A DNA stretch of 64,000 nt from assembly GCF_006345805.1 (NCBI RefSeq), contig NC_043011.1, positions 31,818,464 to 31,882,463 on the forward strand, given 5' to 3'. The translations under genes were made by a program, and so were the position numbers. The notes below the pieces were generated by a model. That model did no database searches and had not been told where the DNA came from. It was given only the letters and a program-made list of their open reading frames with translations. Each line of letters starts with the position of its first letter. Position 1 is the first letter of the stretch. Source of the DNA: Octopus sinensis. Taxonomy: Eukaryota. Positions 62,781 through 64,000 of the stretch are shown here, one piece after another.

Positions 62781-63504
62781 GATTCTTTCCTGTGACATTC
62801 TAATCACATATTCATAGTACAAGAGGTGTGACCCCTCAATGTGGAGTAGTCTTGGTTAAGCTTGGAGAGACGCCCTGATCCCTGAGCAATGCATCCTGTC
62901 AAGTAATGCTGTTTCAGAAACCCTTTGGAAGGACCCCATTTCAGCCACTTGCATTTGCAATCTAATTAAATTAAAACCCACCCCAAAAAGTTAATTTAAA
63001 AAATCTAATTAAAATAAAATCTAAAACTTTAAAATTAATAATCTACTAAGCATCATGTTTAATCTAAATTAAGTTATTTAGATTAATTAAACTTATTTAA
63101 TTTTGCCCATTAGCATTAAGGTTTCTCTATTAAATGTAATGCTTATTTATTCATGTTGTTTTGGATTTATTATGTATTATCTCATGTACATGAGATTTCA
63201 ATGATGTGATTGTTTATTGACATTGTATTATAGGTAGGAGAGGCTGGATCTAGTCGGTTTAAACATAAAACAGGTAGAATATTTGGGCTAGATATGGATG
63301 GTTTAAATGCTATTTACAGAATGGACTAGAAGGCCCTCTCCATAATTTCAGGCTTTGTGCCTATAGCAGAAAGAATTATTCCAAACCAACTGGAGGATAC
63401 AACCAAAAGAATCACTCTGATTGAGACCCCCCCCCCCCCCCAAAAAAAAAACCCCCTTGTTAGACAAGGAAAAGAGTTGAAGACAAAAGACATCAAATAC
63501 TCAC

Positions 63505-63588
63505 ACGCTTGTAATTGCACGGTACCGCTCCTGACCTGCCGTATCCCATATTTGAACTCGCACCACTTTCCCTTTGATGTTCACATTT
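63505..63588 (-). CDS. Rab11-like: Rab11-family GTPase, 84-nt exon (G3 box/switch II)
   Basis: Acceptor TTCTTCCTGCAG, donor GTGAGT; (R)[27 protein letters not shown](V); splices in frame to 61087. Confidence 0.95.
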
Positions 63589-63808
63589 CTGCAGGAAGAA
63601 AAATTATACACAACGTATGTCATTATCGGTAGCAGCATCATTGTCCCATTTCCCATGTTGACATGAGTCAAATGGTTTGACAGGAGCTGGCAAGCCAGTG
63701 TATTGCACCAACCTCTACTGTCTGAGATACACTTATGCATATACACACACACACACATATATATATACATACATATATATATATATATACATACGTACAT
63801 ATATATAT

Positions 63809-64000
63809 ATGGGTAGATAAAGTAATGGGTAGATAAAGTAATTGAGGTAATCAGAGTATGCGACAGAATACTTAAGATTAGATTAGCACTTCATCATAGT
63901 TTAGCAACCATTATATCAGCCTATGCTCCTCAGTCGGGGCTACCCGATGGACAGAAAGACCGATTCTATGACACTCTACTGCAGACTACCTCGTTGACGA
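63809..64000 (+). mobile_element. RTE LINE AP-endonuclease fragment (runs off window)
   Basis: [51 protein letters not shown]; open frame. Confidence 0.85.

Overview
Animal genomic DNA, very probably Octopus (coleoid cephalopod), inferred from its SINE families and very high microsatellite density. Two host genes are supported. The first is a single-coding-exon class A GPCR on + (17170-18342). The second is the last four coding exons of a divergent Rab11-family GTPase on - (63588-63505, 61087-60894, 55060-54980, 48892-48783; ends CRC-stop; 5' exons lie beyond the window). Almost everything else is repeat: two tRNA-derived SINE families, RTE/CR1/L1-Tx1 LINE fragments, decayed mariner/maT/Tigger/Tc1 transposons, hAT/piggyBac/Merlin-like MITEs, Helitron-like elements, Gypsy LTRs, minisatellites and microsatellites. 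Most ORFs in the supplied track are microsatellite or SINE artefacts. The most notable signal is a set of minimal type I hammerhead ribozyme motifs in small TA-flanked elements. The best case is a 352-nt unit bounded by two hammerheads (29948-30393), the layout of a non-LTR retrozyme that could yield a circular RNA. All structures were read by eye and none were computed. Repeat boundaries are approximate unless a TSD or TIR is quoted.
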